DNA of 64,000 nucleotides from the human T2T-CHM13v2.0 reference genome, Homo sapiens. Shown one piece after another: positions 39,292-59,567 of the stretch (within the stretch, counting starts at the first letter, position 1; each line of letters opens with the position of its first letter). The stretch lies in assembly GCF_009914755.1 (NCBI RefSeq), contig NC_060947.1, one strand, 5' to 3'. A program made the translations under genes and the position numbers. The notes below the pieces were generated by a model, which was given only the letters and a program-made list of their open reading frames with translations, was not told the origin of the DNA and did no database searches.

Positions 39292-40306
39292 ATGGGGAAA
39301 AAACAGAACACAAAAACTGGAAACTCTAAAAAGCAGAGCGCCTCTCCTCCAAAGGAACGCAGTTCCTCACCAGCAATGGAACAAAGCTGGATGGAGAATG
39401 ACTTTGACGAGCTGAGAGAAGAAGGCTTCAGACAATCAAATTACTCTGAGCTACGGGAGGACATTCAAACCAAAGGCAAAGAAGTTGAAAATTTTGAAAA
39501 AAAATTTAGAAGAATGCATAACTAGAATAACCAATACAGAGAAGTGCTTAAAGGAGCTGATGGAGCTGAAAACCAAGGCTCGAGAACTAGGTGAAGAATG
39601 CAGAAGCCCCAGGAGCCGATGCGATCAACTGCAAGAAAGGGTATCAGTGATGGAAGATGAAATGAATGAAATGAAGCGAGAAGGGAAGTTTAGAGAAAAA
39701 ACAATAAAAAGAAATGAGCAAAGCCTCCAAGAAATATGGGACTATGTGAAAAGACCAAATCTACGTCTGATTGGTGTACCTGAAAGTGACGGGGAGAATG
39801 GAACCAAGTTGGAAAACACTCTGCAGGATATTATCCAGGAGAACTTCCCCAATCTAGCAAGGCAGGCCAACGTTCAGATTCAGGAAATACAGAGAACGCC
39901 ACAAAGATACTCCTCAAGAAGAGCAAATCCAAGACACATAATTGTCAGATTCACCAAAGTTGAAATGAAGGAAAAAATGTTAAGGGCAGCCAGAGAGAAA
40001 GGTTGGGTTACCCACAAAGGGAAGCCCATCAGACTAACAGCGGATCTCTCGGCAGAAACCCTACAAGCCAGAAGAGAGTGGGGGCCAATATTCAACATTC
40101 TTAAAGAAAAGAATTTTCAACCCAGAATTTCATATCCAGCCAAACTAAGCTTCATAAGCGAAGGAGAAATAAAATACTTTACAGAAAAGCAAATGCTGAG
40201 AGATTTTGTCACCACCAGGCCTGCCCTAAAAGAGCTCCTGAAGGAAGTGCTAAACATGGAAAGGAACAACCGGTACCAGCCGCTGCAAAATCATGCCAAA
40301 ATGTAA
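39292..40306 (+). pseudogene. ORF1: L1 ORF1p, frameshifted
   Basis: MGKKQN... start; extra A in the A-run near 39497-39504 splits it into 77-aa and 273-aa ORFs; one Pro codon deleted (ASPPKERS). Confidence 0.95.
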
Positions 40307-40369
40307 AGACCATCGAGACTAGGAAGAAATTGCATCGACTAACGAGCAAAATAACCAGCTAACATCATA

Positions 40370-44193
<3,824 letters not shown>

Positions 44194-45029
44194 ACAATGA
44201 GATCACATGGACACAGGAAGGGGAATATCACACTCTGGGGACTGTTGTGGGGTCGGGGGAGGGGGGAGGGATAGCATCGGGAGATATACCTAATGCTAGA
44301 TGACGAGTTAGTGGGTGCAGCACACCAGCATGGCACATGTATACATATGTAACTAACCTGCACAATGTGCACATGTACCCTAGAACTTAAATTAAAAAAA
44401 AAAAAAATCCAGTAGCTGGGAGGATTAAAGTGAGGACTAAATCTCACGAAAGAGAACAAACTGCCTATTTTTGGTCAGGAGTCGCATGAATTATGCCAAT
44501 TTAAGAACCACCTGCCTAAAGCACATTTTTTTCTTTTTCTTTTCTTTCTTTCTTTTTTTTTTTTTTTTTTGCAATACTAGCCTGGCAGAAGCTAAGAGGT
44601 ATGAAGGCGAACATGACACCTTTATGCAAATGTCACATTTTACTTTCAAATTCCTAAGCACAATTATCCATTATGTCCCAGATAATTGGTAATAACTTAA
44701 AAAAGCAGATAATGGATAAGTATTCTGGTGGACTAATTATAATGTATGCCAAAAATTATCTTTTTACAAACTCATTCTCAACTCTTTGGTTCTTTTGATT
44801 TATGCAAACCACGGCTTTTTATCTCTAGGTTTCATTCCTCATTTTAAGAGATCTGGTGAAAACTTTTACCTTTAAGGAAGTGGAGGAAATCCAATTGCTT
44901 TTCCAGCTAGACAAGATAGATTTTTATCTTTATCAACAGTCTTGAAAAAGTGTGGAAGGAAAATATGTTACTATCTGTGAGAATCCTTAAAGGAGTCAGA
45001 AAAACCATAAAACCATAGCATTAGATAAA

Positions 45030-45200
45030 GTAATATATTATTTTAGATTTATTATTTATTAGATTTATTATTCATCTATTTAATAATTATTTAATATCTA
45101 TATTAATATTGTAAATATAATATTTAATACTATATTAATATTATTAATATATATTATTAATATTATTAATCTATTTAATCTATAATAGATACATTATTTT
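45030..45200. repeat. AT-rich low-complexity tract
   Basis: (TATTAA)-like repeats. Confidence 0.85.
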
Positions 45201-45337
45201 GTGATTCCTTAAAGTCATCACAAAAACCATGGCATTAGATGAAATAATCTATTATTTTAATAGACATTTCCCAGTGCTTATAAAAAAGACATATTTATTA
45301 TTACAACTCGGAAATCTTATTCCATGAAAAAAACTCA

Positions 45338-45658
<321 letters not shown>

Positions 45659-45939
45659 ATTCTGGATATTCTGGATAGCTGTTAAAGAAGGAATCCCATA
45701 AATATCTTTTCAAAATGAAAAGGCTTGCATATGATCATTTGTGTTTGGTATCATTATTTCTGTTGGCATCATTCCTTCTATACAGTTGTGTTAACTGAAA
45801 TCAAGAAGTGAAAGACATTCTGAGACAGATATAAGGGTACTGTCCTGGAATACTGAGACTATAACCTTTAGCCTCTCCTCTGTAAAATAAGAATCTTCAA
45901 AACTCTTTTTAGGGGTCAGCTTCATTCATAGCTTATACT

Positions 45940-46162
45940 AGGGGATAGCCAACTATGGCCCATTGGCCAAGCCTGGCCCTCTGCCTGTCTTTGCAAATAA
46001 AGTTTTATTGGAACACAGCCACAGACATTGCTTACATATTGCACATGGCTTTTTTCACACTACAATGACGGAATTGAGAAGTGGCGACAAGGACCATATG
46101 GCTCACAAAGAGAAAATTATTTAATTTCTGGACACTTAGAGAAAACACTGCCTGACCCCTAG
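45940..46162. mobile_element. MER58A
   Basis: aataaagttttattggaacacagccac...tgacccct. Confidence 0.8.
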
Positions 46163-47082
46163 TTTGAGGCAATTACAGGTGTTGATGGGAATCAGCAACA
46201 TCAGGCCAGAGTGAATGAAGTTGTTCTGCTTCATCACTAGGCAAAATTACAGCCAGCAATTAGAAGCACTCACTCCAGCTTACCAAAATTCAGAGTGATT
46301 TTCATGTTGCAGCTGTTCTTGAAGATAGCGAAGTTGGAGGCCTGACTAGAACTCCAGACTTTGGCCCTGTAATTCATCACTCTTTTACTCCTCACCCACT
46401 GATTAAGAACTATGATGGAGTACCTGCTGGGAGCCATCTTCCTTGCAGGATTAGGAAACAGAGACACGAGAGTAACAAGTCCCTGCCCTCCTAAGGACCA
46501 TTGTTTACAAACTATCTGGGTGCTCTTGTTTACAAACTTCCACTCCCATGTCCCTGCACACCACTGTTGACTCCTAAGTGCAGTGGAGCCCCAAGTACAA
46601 AGTGTGTCTTTTAGAAACATGAAAATCTGCAAAAAACAGATATTTAGATATGTATTTCAATTTTCACTGAGTGATAAGATCAATTTCAGAGTTGGCAAAA
46701 ACTGACAAAAACCTTATATATTATTTTAAAGCAATTTTATGACAAGGCCAAGCCCAAGTGAAGCAAACAATATCTTGTTGCAATGGCCCTCCCTCTTTCC
46801 CATTTTCTTCCCAAACTTACAAACATTGGGTGGTGACATAGCATAGATGTTATAATGCTACAATAGAGTGTAGTACAGTATTCCTTCTGCAATCCACTTA
46901 ATCAATGGATAAATGTTGATTGTGTATCTACTATGTACCTAATGTGACATGGTCAGTGGAGATTTTTATTGTAAGAGTTGACCTCTTAAGGGAAGGAAAT
47001 TCCAATCTCCTCACCCCATGCTGACTCAACCTCTAAAAAAATAAAGACTAGTCAAGTTCAAGGATGATAATTTATTTCCAGT

Positions 47083-48035
<953 letters not shown>

Positions 48036-48349
48036 TGTCCAATGTTGTAATACTGAATTATTCTAATACTGAATTATATATTTGAAAACTTTAATATTTA
48101 AAAGTAACAATTTGCTACATTTACAAGAAATGAAACTAGGGACCACCACAGGCCCTAGTTTCCTACAATCTTAAGATGACAGACTTCCTTTACGTAATCT
48201 GAGACCTATCAGAGAACTGGCTGTCCAGATAGGGAAGGATAAGTTGCTCTTTCTGCATTTGCTGCTTCTTAATTGCCTTCAGGTCAAAATAATTCTTAGG
48301 GCCAAATGGTGTATTTTGGGGTGGTGTATTCTAATACCTTTTAGGTACC

Positions 48350-48808
48350 CTAAGGATGAATAGTGTCCCCTAAAAAGTGATATCCACTTGGAATCTCAGA
48401 AAGTGAACTTATTTGAAAGCAGGCTTTTTGCAGATCTCATGAGTCAAGGATCTCAAGATGCAATCATCCTGGAGTTAGAGTCAGCCCTAAATCCAGTAAG
48501 TGGTGTCTTCATAAGAAGTGGGGAAGACACAGAGAAACACACACAGGGAAGACAGCCACATGAAGATGGGGGCAGATATTGGCGTGGTGTAGCCCCAAGC
48601 CAAGGAGCCAAGGATGGGGCCACCTTGGCCACAGCTGGAAGAGGCAAGGTAACACTCCTTCTTAGAGCCTTTAGAGGGACCGTGGTCCTGCTGACAAGAG
48701 TGACTTTTGGACACATGGCCTTCTAAACTGTGAGAGAATAAATTTCCATTGTTGTAAGCCACCTAGTTTGCAGTACTTTGCTTCAGCAGCCAAATGAAAC
48801 CGATGCAC
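48350..48808 (+). mobile_element. MLT1C-like LTR
   Basis: gaatagtgtcccc...ccctaaatcca...aactgtgagagaataaatttc. Confidence 0.8.
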
Positions 48809-49805
48809 CCAAAGAAACATCTCATCAACCCCCTTTAGTAATCACCTGCCACATTTATCTCTGTGCATGGTGAAAGTCCTTACCCAGTGCCTCAGAACTA
48901 TGATGTACAATGTAGGAATTCTGGAGGCCTTAACATAAGCAGGACACCATGAGGGGCCTTCTATGGCACGTACAATTCAAGACTTTCACGTATATTTCCA
49001 AGTTATGCTACCAACTACACATCCCCAGAGAGCCCTCATCACTAGTACTTCTAAAATATTTAATAGAATAATAGAACATTTCTTCCTTTGCCAATTAACA
49101 TTTCAGCAGTTACTTTAATATCTAAAATATTTTAAAGGTTTCTTTCATCTCGGTAGAAATTCTTTGCAGCCAGGGAGCTGTGACTCAAAGATGTATTTTA
49201 GCTCAGAAGCAAAGCCATTCCATTTATTATCCCAGATTTTTCGTTAATTTGAATTTTTGTTATTATGGTTCAGAAATTTGGAATTGAATGGAAATTTTGC
49301 TCCCACACTTGATCCAGTGTGAGATGTTGAAAAAGTAGGCAATATTTACCCTAAATACAAGACATTTAGGCAGATATATTGGGAATAAAACCCTGACATT
49401 CTAGAAAATGATGTTTTTATTAATACCAGAAATATTCCGGTAGGTGTTATCTGTACTCACAATATCTAATACTCAAGAGTATGATGTTGGCATTTCACCA
49501 GTAAAGAAAAGCTGCTTTTCTGCTTTCCTCCTAAATGGTGCTGCATTTCCAACACTTCACAAAGCATTGAACACACTGCCACTGGAGGCAGCCATGAATA
49601 TTTTATTCCCTCTCAATAAAACAGTTAAACACATCCATTCTCTGCCGTTCAAGGATTTGTAACCTAAGGCCATGGCTGCACAATTTTAAATGAACAGAGT
49701 TAGAAAAAAAAATTAAAAAGAAAGAAGTCCAAATTTCATTCCTTCCATTTGGTCATTTTTGTGGAGCCAACTATCTAAGATCTACGCACAAAAGAATACG
49801 TGGAA

Positions 49806-50171
49806 TTACATGGTTTGGCTGAGTCCCCACCCAAATCTCCTCTTGAACTGTAGTCCCCATGTGTTGTGGGAGGGACCTGGTGGGAGGTGATTGGATCATG
49901 GGGGTGGTTTCCCCCATGCTGTTCTCATGATAGTGAGTGAGTTCTCACGAGATCTGATGATTTTATAAATGGCACTTTCCCCTGGGGTTCTCTCTCTCTC
50001 CTGCCACCTTGTGAAGAAGTTGCTTGCTTCCTCTTTGCCTTCTGCCATGATTGTAAGTTTTCTGAGGCCTCCCCAGCCATGCAGAACTGTGAGTCAATTA
50101 CACCTCTTTCCTTTATAAATTGCCCAGTCTCGGGCAGTATCTTTACAGCAGTGTGAAAATGAACTAATACA
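49806..50171 (+). mobile_element. MSTA-like solo LTR
   Basis: tggtttggctg..ccccacccaaatctc...gaactaataca; TSD tggaa. Confidence 0.9.
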
Positions 50172-50212
50172 TGGAATGATTCCACATTATTTGAAAAACA
50201 TGCTATATATAT

Positions 50213-51004
50213 TGAGAGTGAGATACATCAGGGACCCCTCTTAGGGGCCCACCCCCCACCCATCCCCTGTTCCCAAGCATGGAAATAAGGCAAAATCTAG
50301 AGTTCCTTCAAGGGAAATTCCAGGCACCTAGCTGGCCCTGAGAAGTAACAGAGCAACTTGATAAGCCAGAAGGGAATAGTAGCCTAAAACAATAGCCAAG
50401 GAAGCTCATAGCCAAGAGTTGTTTGGGTCCCTATAGAAACAAAAGATAATATCTTAGCATATGTTCCTGAGTTGTTTTTCAGAAGCCTGGATCCCTGAAA
50501 AAATGGATCCACTGGCATGTAGACCTCAGACAAGGGGCAACTGAGGACTGAGCTCCGACTGCAACTCTTTGTTCTAAATTTCTTCCTGAGGGGCCTAGAG
50601 GAAGTCATGCCCATGGACCAGAGCTCAGCATTCCTTTCTGCTGATCCCAAATTTTTAGACAAAACTTTCCCTCCTTATCCGATCACAAATCAGAGAAACT
50701 TTGAATCCACCTATGACCTGTAGGCCACTCCCCTGAAATCGAGATGTCTCACCTTTTTTAGGTAAAACCGACGTATGGCCTCCATGTATTAACTTATGGC
50801 TTTGCCTGTAACCTCTGCCTCCCTGCCTTTTAAAACCTCCACCTGCAAGCCATCAGGGAGGTCAGGTCTTAAGCCTGAGCTGCTTGATTCTCCTTGCTTG
50901 CTGCCCTCAATAAATACTTCACTTCCTCTTACTGCAATCCTGATGTCAGTGTTTGGCTTTGGGGTACCGGGTGAGTGGACCCTAGTTCGGTTTGATGTCA
51001 ACAG
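50213..51004 (+). mobile_element. ERV1 solo LTR (MER50/MER66-type, unresolved)
   Basis: ttccttcaagggaaattccaggcacctagc...ctttgaatccacctatgacctg...aataaa. Confidence 0.65.
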
Positions 51005-51582
51005 TGTGTTGTATGTGGAAGGATCCAGAAGCTCCTAGACCCAACTTGGTTACATCAGCAAGCCACAAAGTTGAAGGAGAGACTTAGAAGAAGCCTGGGA
51101 ATCAGGAGGCAGTGATTTCCAATGTGCACAAACATACCTGTGTTTTTTCCCCTTTTTTGTCATTAAAAACAAATATTTAGATGTTTTTCTGTATATGCTT
51201 TAAAATCTAATATGTTTGTATTTTGTCTGTCTTTAAACTATAGCTACTTGGAAATATTAATGAAAAAGTGGCCAAGGAAGGTAAGGCAACCATTGATGAA
51301 TAAAATCTAAATGGTCAATATACACAAAGAAATCAAAGAAATGTTTATTAAAAAGATGAAATTACTCCTTTTCAATTTATGAAAATTGCAAGAATGTTTT
51401 TAAGAGGGTTCCCAAGAGTTTTCAGGAAAGCACCAGTATGGGGACTTCTACACCTTGCAGAAAAATGCATAAATTGAAAAAAAAGAAACACAGAAAAAAA
51501 AGCAAATCATAAAGTTGTGCACACACTTGGACTCGGAAACTCAAACTTTGGGAATTCAGCCTGAAGAGATAAACATGAATAT

Positions 51583-52297
51583 TGTAAACTAAAAATAAAA
51601 TTCTAAGCCCCACAACTGACTTAATGAAACATCTCTTAGCCAAAGGGACCCCAGAATAACCTTGAAAACTGAAGGCCACGACGAGACGGGGTGTCAGACA
51701 CACCTCGTTATACCCCATCCCTCGCTAACCACCATTAGACTTGCTTCCCTAAGGGTTAAATAGAAACCAGCCCTTTCCAAAGACTCCACTGCTGATATCA
51801 ACCAACCGCCCGATGCTGCCCCTACCCTTTGTGATTTCAGCACAGCAACCAACCAGTATTTCTTCCTGATAAGAGACCCTGACCATGGAGTGGTTCTGGC
51901 TCGTCTATGGAGAATGTGCAATGAGGGTGTTAGTGTCTTCTGCTTCACCTTCTGACATCAGAAGGCTGAGAACTCAATCCTGGGATCATGCTAACATCAC
52001 CATTCCTTGTACATGGGACACATGAAGGGGCATGAAGCTCCACTGCAAATACACACGTTTCTTCTTTCATGAATATCTGTGACGCCTCTTATAGCTTATT
52101 GAATACGTATATTCAACCACCCTGCTCAGCATAAATTCCTGTTCCCTTTGCCCCTCCCTCGAAGTGTCTGTTTCTGTCTTCTGGCCACAGGCTACATTTC
52201 CCAGTCTGTCAGAACAGCCACCCTACAGGCTACAACCCTTTATAAGAAATAAAGCTCTTCTTTCCAAATTTATGTACCTTGTTTTCTTCAGTTGACA
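51583..52297 (+). mobile_element. ERV1 solo LTR (MER4 group)
   Basis: tgtaaactaaaaataaaattctaagcccc...aataaa...gttgaca; TSD atat. Confidence 0.87.
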
Positions 52298-52736
52298 ATA
52301 TAAGGAATGATTTAGCTACAAGGTTGTTTTAGCAGAACTGACAACAACTTTATTGCCCAATACTGGGACAGGGGAGGCAAAATGTGGAAAGCTCTCAAAT
52401 GGAGTAATGTGTACCCAAAACCAATGATCTCAAAGAATTATGTGTATTATACAGAAAGACGTGAATCATATCTGAAATGTAAAAAAAAATCACAAAGCAG
52501 CGATTACATAATGATCCTGTCTTATGGAAAAACATTAAAAGTTTTGCTACACTGAATAAAGTATGGAAGGTCACACAAACATATATGAAACATGAATCAT
52601 TCCAGTGGTGGGTTTGTTGTTAGTCTTCACAGTGTTCTTTATGCTTATAGGTATTTTCTAGGTGTAAAGTAAACATGGATTAATTTGATGCTTTGAAAAA
52701 GAAAAGCTGTTTTAAAAGTTGAATTCTATATTGCCT

Positions 52737-53077
<341 letters not shown>

Positions 53078-53275
53078 GAAAGGTGCATTATATATTGTCT
53101 TGGTCTCAACAAATACACAAAAATGGCATAGTTGAGGAGGGTGCAACTACAAATGGCAGTTGGGAATGAACAGATTCATAGATTGCTTACATTTTATCAC
53201 TAAGGTGGACCCAAAAGTTATTAATTGAAGTAGTAACCACATAAAATGTGCTTTAAAAAATATTAAGCTGTATGA

Positions 53276-53575
53276 GGCTGGGTGTAGTGGCTTACGCCTG
53301 TAATCCCAACGCTTTGAGAGGCCAAGGCAGGAGGATTCCTTGAGGCTAGGAATTCAAGACCAGCTGGGCAACATAGTGAGAACCCATCTCTACAACAAAT
53401 TTAAAAATTAGCCAGGTATGGTGGCACATTCCTGTGGTCCCAGCTACATGCAAGGCTGAAGTGGGAGGATCAGTTGAGCTCAGGAGTTCAAGGTTACAGT
53501 GCACTGTGATCACACCAGACGTAGTGAGACCCTGTCTCAAAAATAAATAAATAAATAAATAAATAAATAAAAATA
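53276..53575 (+). mobile_element. AluJ-like with (TAAA)n tail
   Basis: TSD aagctgt(a/t)tga. Confidence 0.92.
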
Positions 53576-54224
53576 AAGCTGTTTGAATTGCACATAAATC
53601 CCATGAAAATTATATACCATATCATTCATAATTTGACAGTGGTTAAAGTTATAGACAGATGCTAAAATTTGAGCAATTCCATTTGTCCTTTAAACAGAAC
53701 AAGCATCTAACCACAATATTGTCCTTTGGGCTTTCAAATGATACTATCTTTCACAGCCAGCCTCTTAAAAGGAAAAACAAAAAGGAGGAATATTAGACAT
53801 CTAACATGATTCCCTGCCCTTCCTGCCTCCATGACTTGTGGCTGCAGATAAAACAAACGAAGAAGTTTTAGATAGAGTGAGGCCCATTCTCCTAGTACAC
53901 AAAAGCACTATTTTTATATTGACTCAGGAGAGAACTCACCTAAAATTATTCTTTGGTTCTGACAGCTATTTGCAGGCTTTAGAAAAGGGGAGGAAAGGAG
54001 TGCCTTTCTCAATCACTCTTTAAATAAGTGCCCTTGGGTGAAACCGACACCTTGTCTTCTACGTTACTCCTTTGAGACTCTCAGAGCATGCAGAGGCTGA
54101 GAGATTGAGACACTGCCCTTCCAGCCCCTCAGTCAGACTCCTAAATACCAACTCTGGTCTCTTTTGCTCGCTTCCCATTTTATCAGTGGGGGCAACTGAT
54201 ATTTCATGTTTCTTATTTGAGAAC

Positions 54225-54385
54225 AGAGCTTTTTAAACATTAATGTGCACACATATCCACTGGGGAGTTTTGTTAAAATTGTAGATTCTAATTCAGCAGA
54301 GCTGGGGTGGGGTCCAATGGTCCACATTTCCAACAAGCTCCCAGGTGAAGCCCACGCTATTGGTCCCAGACTGTGCCTGAATATT
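54225..54385. mobile_element. MER5A-like MITE
   Basis: ttgttaaaattgtagattct...ctggggtgggg...catttccaacaagctcccaggtga. Confidence 0.75.
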
Positions 54386-55808
54386 AAGGTTTTAGATGAT
54401 GCTAAAGAAAACAAGAATATTTTCTTGTACATGATCATTTTCCATAGTTTGCATATCGTGTGTTCAGCTCAAGGCAGTGTTGTGGATCATTTTCCATCCC
54501 AGAATGTGGATTGGGTCATTCCAACACAATGAATGTCTCTGAAATGGATAAAACAGTAAAGACATGGATGTTCCAGGGTTTTTCAATCTAGCGTCTGTGG
54601 AGCATAAGGGAACTGTCCACTTCCATGGAAATTTAAACAACTAGGCTGGTATCATGCTCAGCGAGGAGGCAGAACTGGAATATAATTTAAGGACAGTGGT
54701 GATGAGCTGTGTTCGCAATGGGGGCACATGATGTTGGTGTTTCCTAAGCCAATCCTTTGCCATTGCACAGAAGTCAGAGATGGTGACACATTAGGTCAAC
54801 CCATGGCACCATGATATATCAGAACAGAAACATAAATCATATTACTGAAATCATATATCTGGAGTTGGGTGGTCCTTGACATATACATACACTATATCAA
54901 CAACCCAGAAAGAAGGCGGTCTCTTCATCCGAGTGGCCTGAGACAAATGGCATGCAGAATTTGTTGTCCTTGCTTTCCATGAGAAGTCCACTCCCACTAA
55001 GTACTTTGAGATTTGTTATGAAAACTTTATTAAATGTATCACAAGTGAGATGGAGGGGTTTGACTCAGTCCTCCAGATCTTTATCACCTTGTGTGCTTTT
55101 CACTATCTTCTTGCTCCTATTCTCCCTCCTCCTTATCCTTTTCCTCCTTGGATGATCTGTATCTTTCCAGTGAAGCACAGCCCTTAAACCCATATACACC
55201 ACTAAACTCCATGCTCCATAAAACCAAAGGGTCTGCTTTTCTTTAAGAGACTATTCAGCAACCATGTATTGTTCCTCTTGTACATCAGTTAAGGCTCATC
55301 TCTCACCCCCAACTGCTAATTGCTTAATCTTTCTGCAGATAACTCTATTAAATAAAATGTTCTTTCTTTTTCTGTTTATAAATATTGCTTTTCATTACCC
55401 TTATGTTAAATGTTAATGTCAAAACTCCCTGTATTAATTGTCTACTGCTGAAAAACAAATTACATCCAAATTTTATCTTTTTAACACAACACACATGTAT
55501 TATGGTTTCTCTGGGTCAGGAATCCGGGCACAGCTTAGCCCACTAAGTATCTTCTTCTGGATCATTCATGAAGCAGTGATCATGGTGCCAGCCAGGGCTG
55601 GGATCTCATATCATCCATCTGAAGGCTCCATTGGGGAAGAATCTGCTTCCAAGCTAACTCACATGGCTCTTGGGAGGATGTGATTCCTTGTAGGCTATTG
55701 GCTTGAAGCTACCCTCAATTCCTGGCCATGTGGAAATGGGACCTTGCCCTGTCGCCAGTATGGCTGCTCGCTTCCAATAGAAAGAGTCTGGTAAAAATGA
55801 TGGAGTCA

Positions 55809-56122
<314 letters not shown>

Positions 56123-56133
56123 TTATAACTTAA

Positions 56134-56461
<328 letters not shown>

Positions 56462-56499
56462 ATCAGTTAGTCATTTCTATTGGTTAGAAGTCATGTTTT

Positions 56500-57135
56500 T
56501 AAAAATGAGATTAACATTTAAATAGGTTTGGATGGCAGTGTCCCGTAAATAGGTAGGCTTAGGAAAGCAGATGGCCCACTCTACTGTGGGTGGACTTCGT
56601 CCAATCAGGTGAAGGCCCGAGTAGAGCAAAAAGACTGACCTTTCCTTCAGTAAGAGAGAACTCCTTCTGCCTAACTAGCTTTGAGCTGAGACCTTGGTTG
56701 TGTGTTTTTTTTTTCCTGCCTTCAGCCTCAAACTGAAACACTGGCTCTTCCTGGGTCTCAAGCCTGCAGGACTTTGGAATGAAACAACATCATCAGTGCT
56801 CCTGGATCCCCAGCTTCCAAACTCACCCTGCAGATCTTAGAACTGGTCAGCCTCCACAACTGCATGAACCCATTTCTTATAATGAATCTCTATCTAAATA
56901 TAGATATAAGTATCATGTATTTAAAATCTATCTCATTTATCTACATTTATCTACCTATCTACCCATCATCCATCCATCCATCCATCCATCCAGCATATCT
57001 ATCTATCTATCTATCTATCTAATCTATCTATCCATCCATCCATCCATCCATCCATTATATCTACCCATCCATCATATCTATCTATCGAGCCATCCAACAA
57101 AATGCTGGATATTTTGTTCTGTATTCTTCCAATAA
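56500..57135 (+). mobile_element. MLT2 (ERVL) LTR with an internal (TCTA/TCCA)n compound microsatellite (about 56930-57095)
   Basis: gagattaacattt...aaagcagatggccc...gtcagcctccacaactgcatga. Confidence 0.8.
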
Positions 57136-57994
57136 CTGATAAATCCTTATTCTACTCAACTCTTTACTCTAGGGATCCTATGGCTCTAGTTCCATGACAT
57201 CTCAAGAGGACTCCAGCACCATATTTTGCTCTTCATGAAAATATCTACCAAAGGAATGGGAACTGGAGCTTCTATTTATGCTATGGTCACATTCCCCATG
57301 GCCTCTACCAGTGGAGGGATAATGACACCTGAAACCATTTAGAAGATGCCTGCATGAAGACAACCTCCCCAGCTCAGCCAGGCATAAATGCAATGGTGGT
57401 TGATGCTCTTGAGTGGAAATGGCCCATTTCTACAACTTGCTGCAAACCGCTACTGTGCACAGTGCCTGGCTTACAACTGCAGCTGATGTGTTATAGTGCT
57501 GCAGTCGGCATGCCTTCCTTGGTTGCAGAACACTCTGAATTGGCTGGAACTTTTTCAGAATATCTATTCATTAGATCCTAAATGTTTATAATAAAATGTC
57601 AATGCCAGGGATAGCTAACAATGACAACCAATGCTTGTTGCCCTTAGTTTCTTAGAGGAGAAGAAAGAGTTTGCAGCACCAATAACTTCATGGGAATTTG
57701 GGCCCTGTGGGAGAAGACACATATTAAAACTAAAACCTGGGTAGTTAATTTCACTCTTGATAACTGTTAAATACAGGAGCTACAACTGAAGTCATCCCAG
57801 AATATTCCTGGATCACTATTTTATTTAGGGACTCAATAAGCTCATCTCCAATCCTGCTATATGGAAACACCCATTATTGAGAAAATGGAATATCACAGAA
57901 AGTAAGTGTTCAATGGGCATTACATATATTTGTACAGTCCACAGTGGATTAGGAACAATTTTCTTTTCCTTGACTCTTTTCTCCTTTGGTAGTA

Positions 57995-58890
57995 ATTTTT
58001 TTAGAGTAAAATTTCTATTTTGAAATAATTTTAAATGTACAGAAAAGTTATGAAGATAGTACAGAGATTCCCCATATATCTTAGCTTCCCCTAATGTTAA
58101 CATCTTACACAACCAAAGCACATTCGTCAAAACTATGAAACCATCATTGTTACAGAACTACTAACTGCATTACAGGCTGTATTAGGATTTCCACAGTTTT
58201 TCCAATAATGATCTTTTCTATTCTAGGATTCAATCCAGGACACTGTTACAATTAGTCACCATTAGTCTCCTCTATACTGTAAGAGTTTCTCAGAATTCCT
58301 TGTTTTGTGTGACCTTGATATTGCTGTGGTCTGAATATGTTCTCCCAACATTCACATGTTGAAACATAGTTGCCAGTGTGGTGGTATTAGGAGGTGAGAT
58401 ATTTGGGAGGTGATTAGATCATGAGGGTGGAGCCCTCATGAATGGGATTAATGATCTTATAAAAGAGGTGGTAAGGAGCTGTTCCCCCCTTTTGCCCTTC
58501 CACCATGTGAGGACACAGCAAGAAGGCACCATTTATGAACCAGGAGGTGAGCCTTCACCAGACACAGACTCTGTCATGTCTTGATCTTGGACTTCCCAGC
58601 CTCCAGAACTGTGAACAACAAATGTCGGTTGTTTATAAATTACACAGTCTAAGGTATTTTGTTATAGCAGCACACATGGACTAAGACATATTTTGTCTTA
58701 GTCCCTCTATCTTGGTTTGTCTGATATTTTCTGATGATTAAACTAGAGTTATAGGTTTTGGGGAAGAAGATCTTAGCAGTGAGGAGCACTTTTCATCATA
58801 TCATATTAGGGGTTCACATGATTTATCATTATGATGTTAGCCATGATCACCTGGTAAAGACAGTGTCTGTGAAGTTTTCCCACTGTTAGT
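57995..58890 (-). mobile_element. L1MC-like 3' fragment split by MLT1A
   Basis: tattttgaaataattt...agtacagaga..cccatata...cagtgtctg. Confidence 0.7.
58322..58688 (+). mobile_element. MLT1A0-like solo LTR
   Basis: tgctgtggtctgaat...ggactaagaca. Confidence 0.88.
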
Positions 58891-59567
58891 TACTCCTTGT
58901 TTAGTTTTGACCATGAAATTTAAAAGAAATGTTAATTTAAAAATATCTGGTGTTATATTTATATCTTACTTCAATTGAGTTTATTTTTTCTGTTTTCAAT
59001 TTATTTCTAATTCAATTCCATCTTTGTTCTTTTCTTTCATCTAGAAAAAAAATTAAACATCACATTTTTCATAGAACTCTCCTGCTTAAACCTGGAGGCT
59101 GTTCATGGTTGGGATAAAAGAAAACCCATATTTTGAGCATCTCAAAAGGTATGAGGGAGTCTAATAAATATTTTATATACATTTCCTACTTACATTTCAT
59201 AAGAAATGTAAGTTAAATATTAATACACCACTTTTTTTTTTCAAATGAAGAAACCAATTTCCTGAGGCCATAGGGAAAGAGAGGAAGTCATAAAATAGGT
59301 AGGATAGAACCCAGATTGTTTAGCCAGAGGTTCAAGATCAACCATAAACTTTTCAAATTTGATTCCTGGAGTTCTACTGCACGGACACACTCCTACAGAA
59401 ATGCCAGGGTCTGTGCCCTGCAGCAAGAACATTCCCTAAGCAGCAGTGCATTGAACATTCACCCCTATAGCCCCCATTCTCCAAGTTGCTTCTCCAAATG
59501 TCACTTATCCTCCAAGCCTGGCTGAAGCCCACCTCCTCCAGAAAGCTCTTGTTGATCACTATGCCCT

